Below are positions 1 through 11,564 of a stretch of 46,619 bases of DNA, piece by piece. Source of the DNA: Sulfurospirillum sp. Its GTDB lineage: Bacteria; Campylobacterota; Campylobacteria; Campylobacterales; Sulfurospirillaceae. The translations under genes and the position numbers were made by a program. The notes below the pieces were generated by a model. That model did not search any database and was not told where the DNA came from. It was given only the letters and a program-made list of their open reading frames with translations. Numbering within the stretch: position 1 is the first letter of the stretch; the number at the start of each line of letters is the position of its first letter. Where the stretch lies: positions 1 to 46,619 of the forward strand of contig JASFYR010000018.1 of NCBI GenBank assembly GCA_045047115.1, read 5' to 3'.

Positions 1-116
1 GAGAGTTAAAGAAGAACTTGGTTCTTAATCTAAAATACAGCCTAAATGGAAGAGGAAGCAACTTTATAAACCACTCTATACAGGCAAAGTTTAGGTGGAG
101 ATTCTAGGCTTGGGAG

Positions 117-140
117 AATGAGGCACTAATGTGCCTCATT
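117..140. terminator. Hairpin downstream of rplT, probable terminator
   Basis: AATGAGGCAC-taat-GTGCCTCATT, perfect 10-bp stem 7 nt past the rplT stop; U-tract is weak. Confidence 0.6.
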
Positions 141-147
141 TAAAGTT

Positions 148-501
148 TTAAAGTGCGGCTTTAGCTTGTTTTACTACAGCGGTGAATGCTTCTGGGTCAT
201 TCATAGCCATATCTGCTAAAATTTTTCTATCCAGTTGTATATTTGCTTTGTTTAAAGCGTTTATGAAGCGAGAATAGCTTATATCGTTTAATCTACAAGC
301 AGCATTGATTCTTACAATCCAAAGTCTTCTAAAATCTCTCTTTTTAGTTCTTCTGTCTCTATAAGCATAGACTAGACTTCTCTCTAACTGCTCTTTCGCT
401 TTTCTAAAATGTTTTCTTCTACCGCTGTAGAAACCTTTTGCCTGCTTTAGTATCTTCTTGTGTCTTCTTCTTCTGACAACACCAGTTTTTACTCTTGCCA
501 T
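148..501 (-). CDS. rplT: 50S ribosomal protein L20
   Basis: [24 protein letters not shown]...[11 protein letters not shown]; thrS-infC-rpmI-rplT order. Confidence 0.99.
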   Translation of the reverse strand: MARVKTGVVRRRRHKKILKQAKGFYSGRRKHFRKAKEQLERSLVYAYRDRRTKKRDFRRLWIVRINAACRLNDISYSRFINALNKANIQLDRKILADMAMNDPEAFTAVVKQAKAAL

Positions 502-605
502 TTATATCTCCTTGACCTTATCTTGGTGTCCCTTTTTGGGGAACTTGCCCTCTAAATTGAGGGGTGAAATCGCAATGATTTTTTATTAACTTTTGTTAAA
601 ACTAT

Positions 606-800
606 CTACTTCTTGCCTAACATCAATTTTACAGATGCTATATCACGACTGTCAACACTTTGCGATTCTTTAAGTCCACGCATTCTCTTTGTAGACTTTT
701 TAGTAAGAATATGACTTCTGTAGGCTGAGCCTCTTTTAATCCTATTTTTACTAGCTTTAAATCGCTTGGCAGCGCCGCGTACCGTTTTCATTTTCGGCAT
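606..800 (-). CDS. rpmI: 50S ribosomal protein L35
   Basis: MPKMKT..GAAKRFK..HILTKK, 64 aa, operon context. Confidence 0.99.
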   Translation of the reverse strand: MPKMKTVRGAAKRFKASKNRIKRGSAYRSHILTKKSTKRMRGLKESQSVDSRDIASVKLMLGKK

Positions 801-859
801 GCATTCTCCTCTTGTTTTTTTGAGCCAAATATTTTAGCTTAATACCACTTAAAATAATA

Positions 860-1375
860 TTATTTTTTTGGAACAGCGAGCATATTTACATAACGACCCT
901 CAAGCATAGGTGGTTTATCTCTATCGGCTAAATCTTCAACCATAGGCCATACTCTCTCTAATACCGCTTTTCCTGCATCAGGATTTGACATCTCTCTACC
1001 TCTTAGAAATACTCTGAATTTCACATGCTTTCCCTCTTCTAAGAATTGTCTTGCATGCTTTATCTTGTAATTTATGTCATTTTGGGCGATTTTTACCGAG
1101 AGTTTTATCTCTTTTACCTCTATGGTTTTTTGTTTTTTCTTTGCCTCTTTTTGTTTTTTGACCTGCTGATACTTAAACTTGCCGTAGTCCATAATCTTAC
1201 AGACGGGTGGCTTTGCATCAGGGGCTATAAGAACTAAGTCCAAACCCAAGCCTTCAGCGATAGATAGGGCTTTGTTTCTGGAAATCACGCCATACTGCGT
1301 ACCATCGTCACCTAAACACCTAACCTCACTTGCTCTAATGTCGTCATTGAGCAGTACTTCTTTGCTTTTACTCAA
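860..1375 (-). CDS. infC: Translation initiation factor IF-3
   Basis: [37 protein letters not shown] motifs. Confidence 0.98.
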   Translation of the reverse strand: MSKSKEVLLNDDIRASEVRCLGDDGTQYGVISRNKALSIAEGLGLDLVLIAPDAKPPVCKIMDYGKFKYQQVKKQKEAKKKQKTIEVKEIKLSVKIAQNDINYKIKHARQFLEEGKHVKFRVFLRGREMSNPDAGKAVLERVWPMVEDLADRDKPPMLEGRYVNMLAVPKK

Positions 1376-3189
1376 AAGTGTACCTCACTAAGTTTCTCCT
1401 TCATTTTTGTTATTAATTCGTCTATGCTAAGATTATACTGTTTTCTTTCTCTTCTATCTCTTAAAGCAACACTTTGATTACTAACTTCTTCATCTCCAAC
1501 TACTAAAATCATCGGAACTTTCATCTTTTCAGCATTTCTAATTCTCTTATTTAAACTCTCGTTTTTAGCGGAAATCTCCGCGTCTATACCCTCATCTAAA
1601 AGTCTCTCAAAAAGTTTTTGTGCATACTCGTGATGGGACTCTGAAATCGGTACAATTATGGCTTGAGTAGGGGCTATAAAAAATGGTAATTCCCCAGCAG
1701 TATGCTCTATGAGTATGCCTATAAATCTCTCGAAAGAGCCTAAAATAGCTCGATGAAGCATAACTGGTCTAGTGTGCTCATTGTTGGCATCTACATATGC
1801 CAAATTAAATCTTTCAGGCAGATTAAAATCTACCTGTATAGTTCCGCATTGCCATTTTCGCTTTAATGCGTCTGTTATCTTTATATCAATCTTTGGACCA
1901 TAAAATGCTCCGCCACCCTCATCTATGCCGTACTTTATGCCATTTCCATCGAGTGCATCCATCAAACCCTTTGTAGCAGCTTCCCAGTAAGCATCTTCGC
2001 CTATAGCTTTTTCTGGTTTTGTGGATATTTCCATCTCATAATTAAAATCAAAAGCTTTCATAAGAGTATCGACAAAATCCAAAATCTCTAAAACATTCTC
2101 TTTTATCTGATCAGGCGTACAAAATATATGTGCATCATCTTGGGTAAACTCACGAACTCTAAAAAGCCCATGAAGTACACCACTCATTTCGTGCCTATGT
2201 ACGACCCCATACTCAAAAAATTTCAAAGGAAGGTCTCTGTAACTTCTGACTTCATTTTGAAAAACTTTAATATGACCTAAGCAGTTCATAGGTTTTATGC
2301 CATACTCTGTATCATCTATGGTTGTGAAGTACATATTTTCACCATAGTTATCGTAGTGTCCGCTTACTTTCCATGCGTCGCTTTTGAGTATCTCGGGACC
2401 ACGAACAGGTTGATAGCCTCTTAGTCGGTGGGCTTTAAAGAGTAAGTGTTCAAGTCTGCTTCTCATTCTTGCGCCATTTGGAAGCCAGATAGGAAGACCT
2501 GCTCCTACCTCCTCATCAAAGGTAAATAGCTTAAGTTCAGTTCCTAGTTTTCTATGGTCTCTCTTCTTTGCCTCTTCTATCATGGTTGTATAGTCTTTTA
2601 GGCTTTGCTTGTCGGCAAATGCAGTTCCGTATATACGAGTCAGCATTTCTCTGTTTTCGTCTCCACCGAGATATGCTCCTGCTACTCTAACCAGCTTGAA
2701 AAATCTAAGATATCGGGTATTTGGCACATGAGGGCCACGGCAAAGATCTTCAAAATCTCCCTGTTTGTATGTCGAGACTTCTCCATCAGAGATGCGCTTC
2801 ATCACTTCTAGTTTTAAGTCGTCATTTCCAAAATGCTTGAGAGCTTCATCCTTGGTTGTATAACTCTTTTGTATAGGAAGTTTTCTTTTTGCAATCTCTT
2901 GCATCTTTTTTTCTATCGTCTTTAAATCACTATCGCTAATCTTTTCGCTTACTCGAAAATCGTAGTAAAAACCATCTTCTATGACAGGTCCCACAAAAAA
3001 CTTGGCATCCGGATACAACTCTTTTATAGCTTGAGCCATCATGTGAGCAGTTGAGTGTCTTATAAGCTCTAGTGCATCATCTGAATTGTCAAATAAAATT
3101 TTTTGAAAATTGGTTGAATCTAGTGAAGCAGCAGTTTGTGTGTCAAGAAGTGTTTCGCCATCTCTGTAGGCTATAACTTCATTTTGCAT
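1372..3189 (-). CDS. thrS: Threonine--tRNA ligase
   Basis: [51 protein letters not shown] motifs. Confidence 0.99.
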   Translation of the reverse strand: MQNEVIAYRDGETLLDTQTAASLDSTNFQKILFDNSDDALELIRHSTAHMMAQAIKELYPDAKFFVGPVIEDGFYYDFRVSEKISDSDLKTIEKKMQEIAKRKLPIQKSYTTKDEALKHFGNDDLKLEVMKRISDGEVSTYKQGDFEDLCRGPHVPNTRYLRFFKLVRVAGAYLGGDENREMLTRIYGTAFADKQSLKDYTTMIEEAKKRDHRKLGTELKLFTFDEEVGAGLPIWLPNGARMRSRLEHLLFKAHRLRGYQPVRGPEILKSDAWKVSGHYDNYGENMYFTTIDDTEYGIKPMNCLGHIKVFQNEVRSYRDLPLKFFEYGVVHRHEMSGVLHGLFRVREFTQDDAHIFCTPDQIKENVLEILDFVDTLMKAFDFNYEMEISTKPEKAIGEDAYWEAATKGLMDALDGNGIKYGIDEGGGAFYGPKIDIKITDALKRKWQCGTIQVDFNLPERFNLAYVDANNEHTRPVMLHRAILGSFERFIGILIEHTAGELPFFIAPTQAIIVPISESHHEYAQKLFERLLDEGIDAEISAKNESLNKRIRNAEKMKVPMILVVGDEEVSNQSVALRDRRERKQYNLSIDELITKMKEKLSEVHF

Positions 3190-3231
3190 TTTAATCCTTT
3201 TGAACTCTCAAACTCCGAGAGAACAGTAATA

Positions 3232-3307
3232 TGGTGGCCACGATTGGACTTGAACCAACGACCACTACCATGTCAAGGTAGTGCTCTACCAACTGAGCTA
3301 CGCGACC
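3232..3307 (-). tRNA. tRNA-Val (anticodon GAC)
   Basis: Minus strand reads GGTCGCGTAGCTCAGTTGGTAGAGCACTACCTTGACATGGTAGTGGTCGTTGGTTCAAGTCCAATCGTGGCCACCA: cloverleaf, GTTCAA T-loop, encoded CCA. Confidence 0.97.
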
Positions 3308-3371
3308 ACACAGACAGAGTGAAGCTCTGTTTTGGAAATAAGATAATACTTAAAAATGGCATAAAATATAC

Positions 3372-4289
3372 TTAAATGCTTCTTTTGAGCAACTCTTTAT
3401 AGATTAAATTCATATTTTTTACCTCAATTCCTTGTTTTTGTGCCTCTTTGACTATATAACCTGTCAAAGATTCCAATTCTGTTTTATTTCCATTTTCAAA
3501 ATCGATCTGCATCGAAGTTTTTGAGTCATAGGGTACATTTTGTACCTGTTTTATGGTTTTTTGTATCTCTGCGTCTCTTATCTCTACATGTAGAGCATTT
3601 GCAACGGATCTTATCTCTTTTAGCACATCTCTTAAAAGGGGCATCTTTTCCTCAACTATATAACCCATGGGCTTGTCAAAATAGGATGTAAGAGTTGCAA
3701 AAGAGGAGATTAAGAGATACTTACTCCAGCAATCATACTCTATATTTTGGCTCAGTTTTGTTTTTAAGCCACTCTCATTAAATAGGTCAAAAAGCTTTTG
3801 AAGTTTTTCTTGAAATCTGTTTTTTGTATCTCCAAAAATAAGATAAAATGTCAATGCCTTTTTCTCTATAATTCCAGGCTCCCTTATATTTGAGAGTATA
3901 TATACGCACCCATCAAGCACTATGCCTTTTTGAAGGTACGAGTTTATCTCAGCTTTGTGATTTACACCATTTGAAAGAGGGATGATTAGCGTGCCTTCAT
4001 CGCTATGTCTATTTAGGATTTCTGAGATATCTCTGAAGCTGTAGCTTTTTACAGTTATAAAAATCACATCAAACATCTCATCGTCATCATCACTATTGGC
4101 ATCTATCAACTTTTTAGGCTTTACAATAAACTCATCTTTCATATCTTTTATTGTTAGGCCGTTGTTTTTTATAGCCTCAAAGTGCTTGCCTCTTGCGAAA
4201 AGTGTTACATCGCAGAGATCTTTTTGTATCAACTTTGCACCTATATATCCACCAACTCCCCCTAGCCCAATTATCCCGATTTTAAGCAT
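3372..4289 (-). CDS. panE: 2-dehydropantoate 2-reductase (ketopantoate reductase family)
   Basis: GLGGVGG Rossmann motif, ITVKSY, WSKY, TSMQIDFENGNKTELE. Confidence 0.9.
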   Translation of the reverse strand: MLKIGIIGLGGVGGYIGAKLIQKDLCDVTLFARGKHFEAIKNNGLTIKDMKDEFIVKPKKLIDANSDDDDEMFDVIFITVKSYSFRDISEILNRHSDEGTLIIPLSNGVNHKAEINSYLQKGIVLDGCVYILSNIREPGIIEKKALTFYLIFGDTKNRFQEKLQKLFDLFNESGLKTKLSQNIEYDCWSKYLLISSFATLTSYFDKPMGYIVEEKMPLLRDVLKEIRSVANALHVEIRDAEIQKTIKQVQNVPYDSKTSMQIDFENGNKTELESLTGYIVKEAQKQGIEVKNMNLIYKELLKRSI

Positions 4290-4728
4290 TTTCCTTCCTT
4301 AGATAAGAGGCGATTATGATCCAGGCAACTGCAAAGTCGATCATCACATCAGCGAAATTAAATACAGCGAAATCAAACCATTTGTGCCAGTATATATAAT
4401 CCACAACACCACCATATATAAATCTATCGTGTATATTTCCTATGCCTGCTCCATAGAGTATGCCAAGCGGCAGCGAATATCTCATAAAAAGAGTTTTTTC
4501 ATATATAAGGTAGATGCTAATGGCGATAAATATAGCAATTTGGATGTATTTCAAATACTCTTGCAAAAACGCGAACATTGAAAATGCCACACCTTTGTTA
4601 AAAACCAATGTTAAAGATATAAATTCTCCATTCCATCTTAAGCCATTTAAAAATAGGGATTTTAGATTTTGATCAATTAAAAAAATGCCGATAGCAACCA
4701 GCAAAAAAACAAAAAAACTTTTAGTCAT
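4282..4728 (-). CDS. lspA: Lipoprotein signal peptidase II
   Basis: [28 protein letters not shown] motifs; TM helices. Confidence 0.97.
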   Translation of the reverse strand: MTKSFFVFLLVAIGIFLIDQNLKSLFLNGLRWNGEFISLTLVFNKGVAFSMFAFLQEYLKYIQIAIFIAISIYLIYEKTLFMRYSLPLGILYGAGIGNIHDRFIYGGVVDYIYWHKWFDFAVFNFADVMIDFAVAWIIIASYLRKENA

Positions 4729-6064
4729 TTAATGTTTTCTTTAAAAAGCTGTAAATTTCACTCATATGCTTCTGCAGGATTTTTTCATCCCTTCCTTCGA
4801 GCAAGATTCTAAGTAGATTTTCCGTACCGGAGTATCTGATAAGAACTCTTATGTCGTCTTTTTCAATATTTTGTATCAACTCTTCATAGCCGTTTATATT
4901 TTGAAGTGGAATTTTGTTTATAACAGAGAGATTTTTTTGAAGTTGAGGATAGAGTTCAAATGGATTGAAAAGCTTGCTTATAGGTTCACTGCTTCTTAAA
5001 AAACATGCCATAACAGCAAGTGAAGATATGAGAGCATCTCCTGTTTTTACATAATCAGAAAGTATTATATGACCGCTTTGTTCACCTCCAAAATTTAAGT
5101 CTTTTTGACTGAGGATTTGAAGTACATATTTATCTCCGACATTTGACCTTAGCAAGGAGACTTCATTTTCACCAAGATAGTCCTCAAGCGCTTTGTTACT
5201 CATCACTGTAGCGCACATAGCACAACCTTTCAGGCGATTTTGTGTGTTGAGATAGGTGGCAAGTTTGCCTAGAAGCTTATCTCCGTCGATAACATTTCCA
5301 TTTTCATCAACAACTACCAGTCTATCGGCATCGCCATCAAATGCAAAACCCACATCGGCTCTGAGTTTTCTCACCTCTTCACCCAGGATTTCGGGGTGCA
5401 TTGCTCCACAGTTTAGATTTATATTGCTTCCATTTGGTTTGTCGTTTATGACAGCAACATCAGCCCCCAATTCACTAAAAATTGTCGGAGCAACTTTGTA
5501 GGCAGCACCGTTTGCCGTATCGAGTACCACTCTTATTCCTTTGAGAGTAAGACCTTTGGGAAATGAATTTTTGATATGGACTATATATCTGCCTATAACA
5601 TCATCCACCCTCTTGGATCTGCCGATACTGAACTCTATCCTTTGATTTTGCTCTATTAGCTCTTCATTGTGATATATCTCTTCTATTTGGGCTTCCGCAT
5701 TTTCATCCAGTTTATTTCCGAATGAATCAAAAAATTTGATACCATTGTCAAAGTATGGATTGTGTGACGCACTTATCATGATGCCGGCATCACATCTCAT
5801 GTCTTCGGTCAAAAATGAGATGGCAGGAGTTGGCATGGGACCTATTTGTCTTACATCATATCCAACAGCAGTTAAGCCTGATACTATGGCATTTTCTATC
5901 ATATAGCCACTTCTTCTTGTGTCTTTTCCTATTAAAAATTTATTTGTAACAGAGCTTTTTCTAAAATATATTCCGGCTGCCATTGCTAAACGCATGGCAG
6001 TTACAGCATTTAATTTTTTGCCGGCTCTTCCTCTGACGCCGTCTGTTCCAAAAAGTTTTTCCAT
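4721..6064 (-). CDS. glmM: Phosphoglucosamine mutase
   Basis: [40 protein letters not shown]. Confidence 0.98.
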   Translation of the reverse strand: MEKLFGTDGVRGRAGKKLNAVTAMRLAMAAGIYFRKSSVTNKFLIGKDTRRSGYMIENAIVSGLTAVGYDVRQIGPMPTPAISFLTEDMRCDAGIMISASHNPYFDNGIKFFDSFGNKLDENAEAQIEEIYHNEELIEQNQRIEFSIGRSKRVDDVIGRYIVHIKNSFPKGLTLKGIRVVLDTANGAAYKVAPTIFSELGADVAVINDKPNGSNINLNCGAMHPEILGEEVRKLRADVGFAFDGDADRLVVVDENGNVIDGDKLLGKLATYLNTQNRLKGCAMCATVMSNKALEDYLGENEVSLLRSNVGDKYVLQILSQKDLNFGGEQSGHIILSDYVKTGDALISSLAVMACFLRSSEPISKLFNPFELYPQLQKNLSVINKIPLQNINGYEELIQNIEKDDIRVLIRYSGTENLLRILLEGRDEKILQKHMSEIYSFLKKTLND

Positions 6065-6296
6065 TTTTATTTCTCCTTTAAAAGAGGCGGAGTCTCTTTT
6101 AAATTCCTCTCACTAAAGCTAAGTCTCTGGCGAGAAGATTTATAATTTTATTGCAAGTCGTGATTATATCCTATTTTATGTTATTATTCCATATCTATAG
6201 CAGAATATTATTTCTAAAAAAAATCTTAAAATAAGTTTAGTTTAATCTAACTTCTTGTATAATCCGTTCCTAAAATTTAAATGTAAAGGCTACAAA

Positions 6297-6569
6297 ATGG
6301 CAGATCATAAATCAGCAGAGAAGAGAATCAGACAGACAAAAAAGAGAACAGAAAGAAATAGATTTTATAAAACAAGAATTAAGAATCTCACAAGAGCTCT
6401 TAGAGAATCAGTTGATGCAGGCGACAAAGAAGCAGCGCTAAAAGCACTAAAAGATGTAAATAAAAACTTTCATTCTTATGTAAACAAGGGTATCTTAAAG
6501 TCAAATACAGCTGCTAGGCGTGTAAGCAGACTTGCACAATTGGTAAACAGACTAAACAGTGATGCATAA
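6297..6569 (+). CDS. rpsT: 30S ribosomal protein S20
   Basis: [27 protein letters not shown]; start moved to ATG 6297, TATAAT at 6258-6263 upstream. Confidence 0.97.
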   Translation: MADHKSAEKRIRQTKKRTERNRFYKTRIKNLTRALRESVDAGDKEAALKALKDVNKNFHSYVNKGILKSNTAARRVSRLAQLVNRLNSDA

Positions 6570-6598
6570 GCATTAAATGTCAAAGATTAAGTATAGCC

Positions 6599-7666
6599 TT
6601 GCTCAAAAATAAACTCCAACCGTTTTTAGACAGATACAACGAGATAAGCAGGCTCTTAAGTGAGCCTGATGTTGGCAATGACATAAAAAAGATGACAGAG
6701 CTCTCAAAGGAGCAGTCTCACCTACAGGCCATCAAAGACAAAGCAGATGAGTATATCACAACAATAGAGTCAATAGAAGAGAATAAAACCTTGCTTGAAG
6801 ACAGTGAATTAGGTGAATTAGCCAAAGAGGAGCTGAAAGAGCTGGAGCCACTCAAAGAGAGACTTGAAGCTGAGATAAAAGTGATACTTTTGCCAACTGA
6901 TCCAAATGATGATAAAAATATTTTTTTAGAGATTAGGGCGGGAACCGGTGGTGATGAAGCTGCTCTTTTTGTTTCCGATCTGTTTAAATCTTACCTTAGA
7001 TACGCAGAAAACAGAGGTTGGAAAGTGGAAGTGGTTAACCTAAGTGAAGGTGTGCTAGATGGCTATAAAGAGGTTGTTGCTCTTGTAAAAGGTGAAAGTG
7101 TTTACTCTAAGTTGAAGTTTGAGGGAGGAGTTCACCGAGTTCAAAGAGTTCCAAAGACAGAATCCCAAGGAAGAGTCCATACTTCTGCTGTTACTGTGGC
7201 AGTTATGCCTGAAGTTGATGATGTTGAGATAGAGATAAATCCAAATGATTTGAAAATTGATGTCATGCGTTCAAGTGGAAACGGGGGACAATCAGTCAAT
7301 ACAACAGACAGTGCTGTGCGAATTACCCACTTGCCAACTGGTTTGGTTGTAACAAACCAAGATGGAAAAAGTCAGCATAAAAACAAAGCAAGTGCTATGA
7401 AGATACTAAAAGCCAGATTGTATGATTTGCAAATGCAAGAGCAAAACAGTGCAGAGAGCCAAAAAAGAAAACTCCAGGTCGGTTCAGGCGACAGAAGTGC
7501 TAGAATACGAACTTATAACTATCCACAAAATCGCATAACAGACCATAGGATAGGGCTAACCCTATACAGACTGGATGCTATCATGGAGGGTGGCCTGTAT
7601 GATGAAATCATCGATCCTTTGACTGCACATTATCAAGCAGAAGCGATAAAAGAAGCAGGATTATAG
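6599..7666 (+). CDS. prfA: Peptide chain release factor 1
   Basis: [14 protein letters not shown] (PxT) motif, [22 protein letters not shown] start. Confidence 0.98.
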   Translation: MLKNKLQPFLDRYNEISRLLSEPDVGNDIKKMTELSKEQSHLQAIKDKADEYITTIESIEENKTLLEDSELGELAKEELKELEPLKERLEAEIKVILLPTDPNDDKNIFLEIRAGTGGDEAALFVSDLFKSYLRYAENRGWKVEVVNLSEGVLDGYKEVVALVKGESVYSKLKFEGGVHRVQRVPKTESQGRVHTSAVTVAVMPEVDDVEIEINPNDLKIDVMRSSGNGGQSVNTTDSAVRITHLPTGLVVTNQDGKSQHKNKASAMKILKARLYDLQMQEQNSAESQKRKLQVGSGDRSARIRTYNYPQNRITDHRIGLTLYRLDAIMEGGLYDEIIDPLTAHYQAEAIKEAGL

Positions 7667-8395
7667 GGCTGTGGCCTTATAATCATAATAGAGCAGGTTA
7701 TTGCTCGTGATGATAGCATCTAAGAGTTTTACATACTTCTCTTTTCTTTGGGAGTAATTTATCATCGCTTTTGATGCCATCAGGCCATTAAAAATCATCT
7801 TGTTTTTATGTGCATTTTCCCTGAGTTTCCTGAACATTTTGTAGGCTGCATTGCTGTTTAAATTCAATACATATGCATTTACAGAGGCTTGAAGTGTTTT
7901 AAAAATTCTAAGTGTGTGTGTTTTGCCCTCAGCTCTGTCAATTGGGACAAGTCCTTTTCCGGAATATGTCCAGTGACCAAAGATATTGTTGGCTTCAAGT
8001 ACAAATCTACTCTTTCCCCAAGCGCTTTCGACCGCTGCTTGTGCTATAGCCAAAGATGCAGGAACAGCATCGATTTTTCTCAGATATTCATCTTTGTCAA
8101 ATAGGTTTTTTATTTTGTATTTTTTAAAGAGATGGATTAGTTTGGCCAGAGATATTTCATCTAATTCTCTAAAACTGTTTTTACCTGCATTTTCAAAAAA
8201 GTATTTGATAAAATCTCTCTCTTTCTCGATATTTTTATTTGCTCTTTTTATCATGGGCAGTAAGATATTGATAAATGCTTTCTTCTGTCTGTGTGTGTTT
8301 TTGATATCATAATAATAATATGGAAAACCTGCTCCAAAAGAGTTGATTGTAAAAAATAGAAAAACAAAAATTTTAAACAACATCAATAACCGCAT
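7661..8395 (-). CDS. Glucosaminidase-domain (Bax-like) peptidoglycan hydrolase family protein
   Basis: Signal peptide; [41 protein letters not shown]; start trimmed to ATG 8395 (8383 also possible). Confidence 0.85.
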   Translation of the reverse strand: MRLLMLFKIFVFLFFTINSFGAGFPYYYYDIKNTHRQKKAFINILLPMIKRANKNIEKERDFIKYFFENAGKNSFRELDEISLAKLIHLFKKYKIKNLFDKDEYLRKIDAVPASLAIAQAAVESAWGKSRFVLEANNIFGHWTYSGKGLVPIDRAEGKTHTLRIFKTLQASVNAYVLNLNSNAAYKMFRKLRENAHKNKMIFNGLMASKAMINYSQRKEKYVKLLDAIITSNNLLYYDYKATAL

Positions 8396-9119
8396 CGAAA
8401 ATTTTCGACACCTTTCCTTTGAAATATAACTTTTCGTTCTCAAGGCGAAACTCCAACTCCTCTTTACTGGTCGGATATACTTTTGTAAAATCACCTATTT
8501 TTTTATCTTGATTCGCACTGTAAAAACAAGCCGCCATACCTGTTCCGCAGGCCAAAGTCTCAGACTCAACACCTCTTTCGTAAGTTCTTGTATACAGAAC
8601 ACCGTCTTTAATGGAACAAAAGTTTACATTTGCATTGTGCGCATATCTCATCTTGGTTGCCAAACTCAAATTAAAATCCTCTATATCATCAATAAATGCA
8701 ACCAGGTGGGGAACTCCAGTATTGTAAAAATACCAAAGTATACCCTCCTCTTCAAAAGGTTCACTCAGTTTTACCGGATCAGTTAGCATGGTTTCTACAA
8801 CATAACCTCTAACAGATGAATTTAAGACTCCGGCACCTGTAAGAAAAACCATATCCTCTTTTGCCAGGCCATTTCTAAAAGCGTAGTGAGCACAAGCTCT
8901 AGTACCATTTCCACACATCGCAGCCTCGCTTCCGTCACTGTTATAAAATTGCCATTCAAAGTCAAACTCATTGTGTGGAACAAGTACGATTAAGCCGTCA
9001 GCCCCCACACCTTTTTGGCGATCACACAGTTTGATGGCAAGTCTGCTTCGATCAATTTTTTTAAAAGTGTGAAATATCACAAAATCATTTCCGCTTGCAT
9101 TATATTTTGAAATTTGCAT
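8373..9119 (-). CDS. dapF: Diaminopimelate epimerase
   Basis: GNDF, NSDGSEAAMCGNG, TGVPH, YERGVESETLACGTG. Confidence 0.97.
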   Translation of the reverse strand: MQISKYNASGNDFVIFHTFKKIDRSRLAIKLCDRQKGVGADGLIVLVPHNEFDFEWQFYNSDGSEAAMCGNGTRACAHYAFRNGLAKEDMVFLTGAGVLNSSVRGYVVETMLTDPVKLSEPFEEEGILWYFYNTGVPHLVAFIDDIEDFNLSLATKMRYAHNANVNFCSIKDGVLYTRTYERGVESETLACGTGMAACFYSANQDKKIGDFTKVYPTSKEELEFRLENEKLYFKGKVSKIFDAVIDVV

Positions 9120-9675
9120 CCAAATACCTTATAAATTTATTGGTTTGTCTCAAAAGATTTTCTTTGTCTTTTGAGTTATCTATCACATAATCGGCTTTTC
9201 TTTTCTTTTCTTCTATATCCATTTGGGACTTTACTCTTTTCTCTGCCTCTTCTTTGTTTAGGTTTTCCCTTTGTGCTAACCTTTTGAGTTGCTCTTTTTT
9301 TGGACAGTACACAACACAAACCAAATCAGATTTATAGTGGCCACTCTCAAAATATAGAGGAATATCAACTATATACTTTGAGTTTTTCTCTTCCAGGATT
9401 TTTGCCCTTTTGTATATCTCATTTCTGATTAGCGGATGGATATACTCATTTAATTTCTCTCGCTCTTTGAGATTGTTGAAAATCAACTCACCAAGAGCAA
9501 CTCTGTCAATATCCCCGTCTTTTATAAAGCTCTTACCAAAAAGATTCTCTATAGTCTTGGTATCTATCAACTCTTTTGCAATCAAATCCGCATCTACTAT
9601 CTCATATCCGCTTTCGGATAGAAGCTTGCATGTAGAGCTTTTTCCTGTTGCAATTGAGCCTGTTAGTACTATCAT
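9100..9675 (-). CDS. coaE: Dephospho-CoA kinase
   Basis: LTGSIATGKS P-loop, DADLIA, IHPLI, DIPLYFE, SQM. Confidence 0.96.
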   Translation of the reverse strand: MIVLTGSIATGKSSTCKLLSESGYEIVDADLIAKELIDTKTIENLFGKSFIKDGDIDRVALGELIFNNLKEREKLNEYIHPLIRNEIYKRAKILEEKNSKYIVDIPLYFESGHYKSDLVCVVYCPKKEQLKRLAQRENLNKEEAEKRVKSQMDIEEKKRKADYVIDNSKDKENLLRQTNKFIRYLDANFKI

Positions 9676-9764
9676 CTCCCGTCCTTATAGTGATTTTAAC
9701 ATATATTTTGCTAAAATCCTATAAAAACTGATTTTTGGTCAGTTAAAATTAAAAAAGGCAAGAG

Positions 9765-10760
9765 ATGGGAAGTGTGAGCTATAAGGATGCAGGAGTCGAT
9801 ATAGATGCAGGAGCACAGTTTGTTGAAAATATAAAACCACTTGTAAAATCTACATTTGATTCAAATGTAGTTGGAGGCATAGGTTCATTTGCAGGTGCTT
9901 ATGAATTGCCTTCCGGATACAAAAAGCCTGTGATGCTTGGAGCAACAGATGGAGTCGGTACGAAACTAAAACTTGCTATCGATAGTGGAAGATTCGATAC
10001 AGTCGGGATTGATTTGGTTGCCATGTGTGTAAATGATTTGATATGCAACTTCGGAACACCTCTGTTTTTTTTGGATTATTATGCAACAAGTAAATTAGAG
10101 ATAGGCGAGTCAACTGCAGTTGTCAGTGGTATAGCAGAGGGTTGTCGCCGTTCAGAGTGTTCTTTGATAGGTGGAGAGACTGCCGAGATGCCAGGTATGT
10201 ATGCGCCAAAGGATTTTGATTTAGCCGGATTTGCAGTAGGAATTGCTGAAAAAGATGAGATGAACAGACTCCAACATGTAAAAAATGGGGATATACTCAT
10301 AGCGCTACCGAGTTCAGGCATACACTCAAATGGCTACTCACTTGTAAGAAAACTTTTCTTTGAGAAGCTAGACTATAAGTTTGATACTTTGATTGATGGA
10401 AAGCCTCTTATTGAGATACTTTTAGAGCCTACAAAGATATATGTCAAAATATTTAAAAAGTTAAAATCCAAAATCAATGCACTTGCCCATATAACAGGTG
10501 GCGGAATCATAGAAAATCTTCCCCGTGTTTTACCGGACAATCTCCAAGCAGTTGTCAAAAAAGAGAGTATCAAGACGCTGCGTGTATATGAGCTTATGAG
10601 AGAGCATATCGAAGAGATGGAGATGTATAGGACTTTTAATATGGGAGTAGGAATGGTTTTGGTAGTGAGCCCCCAAAATGTTGATTTTGTACTACAAAAT
10701 AGCGATGGATATATCATAGGCGAGCTGAAAGAGGGTAAAAAAGAGGCGATAATAATCTAA
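9765..10760 (+). CDS. purM: Phosphoribosylformylglycinamidine cyclo-ligase (AIR synthetase)
   Basis: SYKDAGVDI, TDGVGTK, GGETAEMPG, SSGIHSNGYSL, HITGGG, TFNMGVG. Confidence 0.98.
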   Translation: MGSVSYKDAGVDIDAGAQFVENIKPLVKSTFDSNVVGGIGSFAGAYELPSGYKKPVMLGATDGVGTKLKLAIDSGRFDTVGIDLVAMCVNDLICNFGTPLFFLDYYATSKLEIGESTAVVSGIAEGCRRSECSLIGGETAEMPGMYAPKDFDLAGFAVGIAEKDEMNRLQHVKNGDILIALPSSGIHSNGYSLVRKLFFEKLDYKFDTLIDGKPLIEILLEPTKIYVKIFKKLKSKINALAHITGGGIIENLPRVLPDNLQAVVKKESIKTLRVYELMREHIEEMEMYRTFNMGVGMVLVVSPQNVDFVLQNSDGYIIGELKEGKKEAIII

Positions 10761-10762
10761 AA

Positions 10763-11551
10763 ATGAGTACAGTCTATATAGTATCCAAGCTGTTTACCTA
10801 TCTCATTTTGCCACCGGGTATATTTATACTGCTATTTTTCTTAGCAGCATTTTATGCAAAAAAGTTCAAAAGATTTTTTATCTTTTGTGCTTTTTGCTTT
10901 TACCTTTTGAGCAATACCATTGTTGCAAATTTTTTGCTCCAACCATTGGAAAAACCATATGAAAAAGGTTTTTCAAAAGATGTGCAAGCAAACGGTGTTG
11001 TGGTTTTGGGTGGAGGAAATATCATAGGCAGTAAAAATCTCTCTTTAACAAGTGATGCTTACAAAAGAGTGATGTATGGTCTTATGATAGCTAAATCACA
11101 AAATTTACCTCTTGTGTTTAGCGGAGGTGGTTTAGGAAATCAAGAGAGTGAGTCCGCCTCATTTTTGCGGTGTTTAAGAGAGATGAAGAAAAATCTTGCA
11201 TTTGATTTTACATTTTCCAAAAAGATAGAAAAAAGGAAATTTAGCATTCTTGTTGAAGACAAGAGTATAGATTCGTTTCAAAATGCAAAATTTACAAAAG
11301 CAAAATTTAGCAAAATGGGCATAAAAAACCCTATTGTATATTTGGTCACTTCCGCCTATCATATGAGGCGGGCAGTAGAGTTGTACAGACATTTTGGTTT
11401 TAAAGTCATACCAAGTGCTACTGATTTTAAAATAAGCAAAAAAGAGACTATTTTCTGGGACTATTTCCCGCAAATGGATGCATTTTATCATAGTTATGAG
11501 GCACTACATGAATATGCCGGATTGCTAAGTTTAAAACTAAGAGATTTATAG
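10763..11551 (+). CDS. YdcF/ElyC (DUF218) family membrane protein
   Basis: Two N-terminal TM helices, VVLGGG, FSGG, LVTSAYHMRRA, LHEYAG. Confidence 0.88.
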   Translation: MSTVYIVSKLFTYLILPPGIFILLFFLAAFYAKKFKRFFIFCAFCFYLLSNTIVANFLLQPLEKPYEKGFSKDVQANGVVVLGGGNIIGSKNLSLTSDAYKRVMYGLMIAKSQNLPLVFSGGGLGNQESESASFLRCLREMKKNLAFDFTFSKKIEKRKFSILVEDKSIDSFQNAKFTKAKFSKMGIKNPIVYLVTSAYHMRRAVELYRHFGFKVIPSATDFKISKKETIFWDYFPQMDAFYHSYEALHEYAGLLSLKLRDL

Positions 11552-11564
11552 AAGGGGAAAGCAG

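Noticed and set aside
3232..3307. tRNA-Val as an island integration site
   Set aside because: Flanked by core genes, with no integrase and no duplicated 3' end seen in the window.
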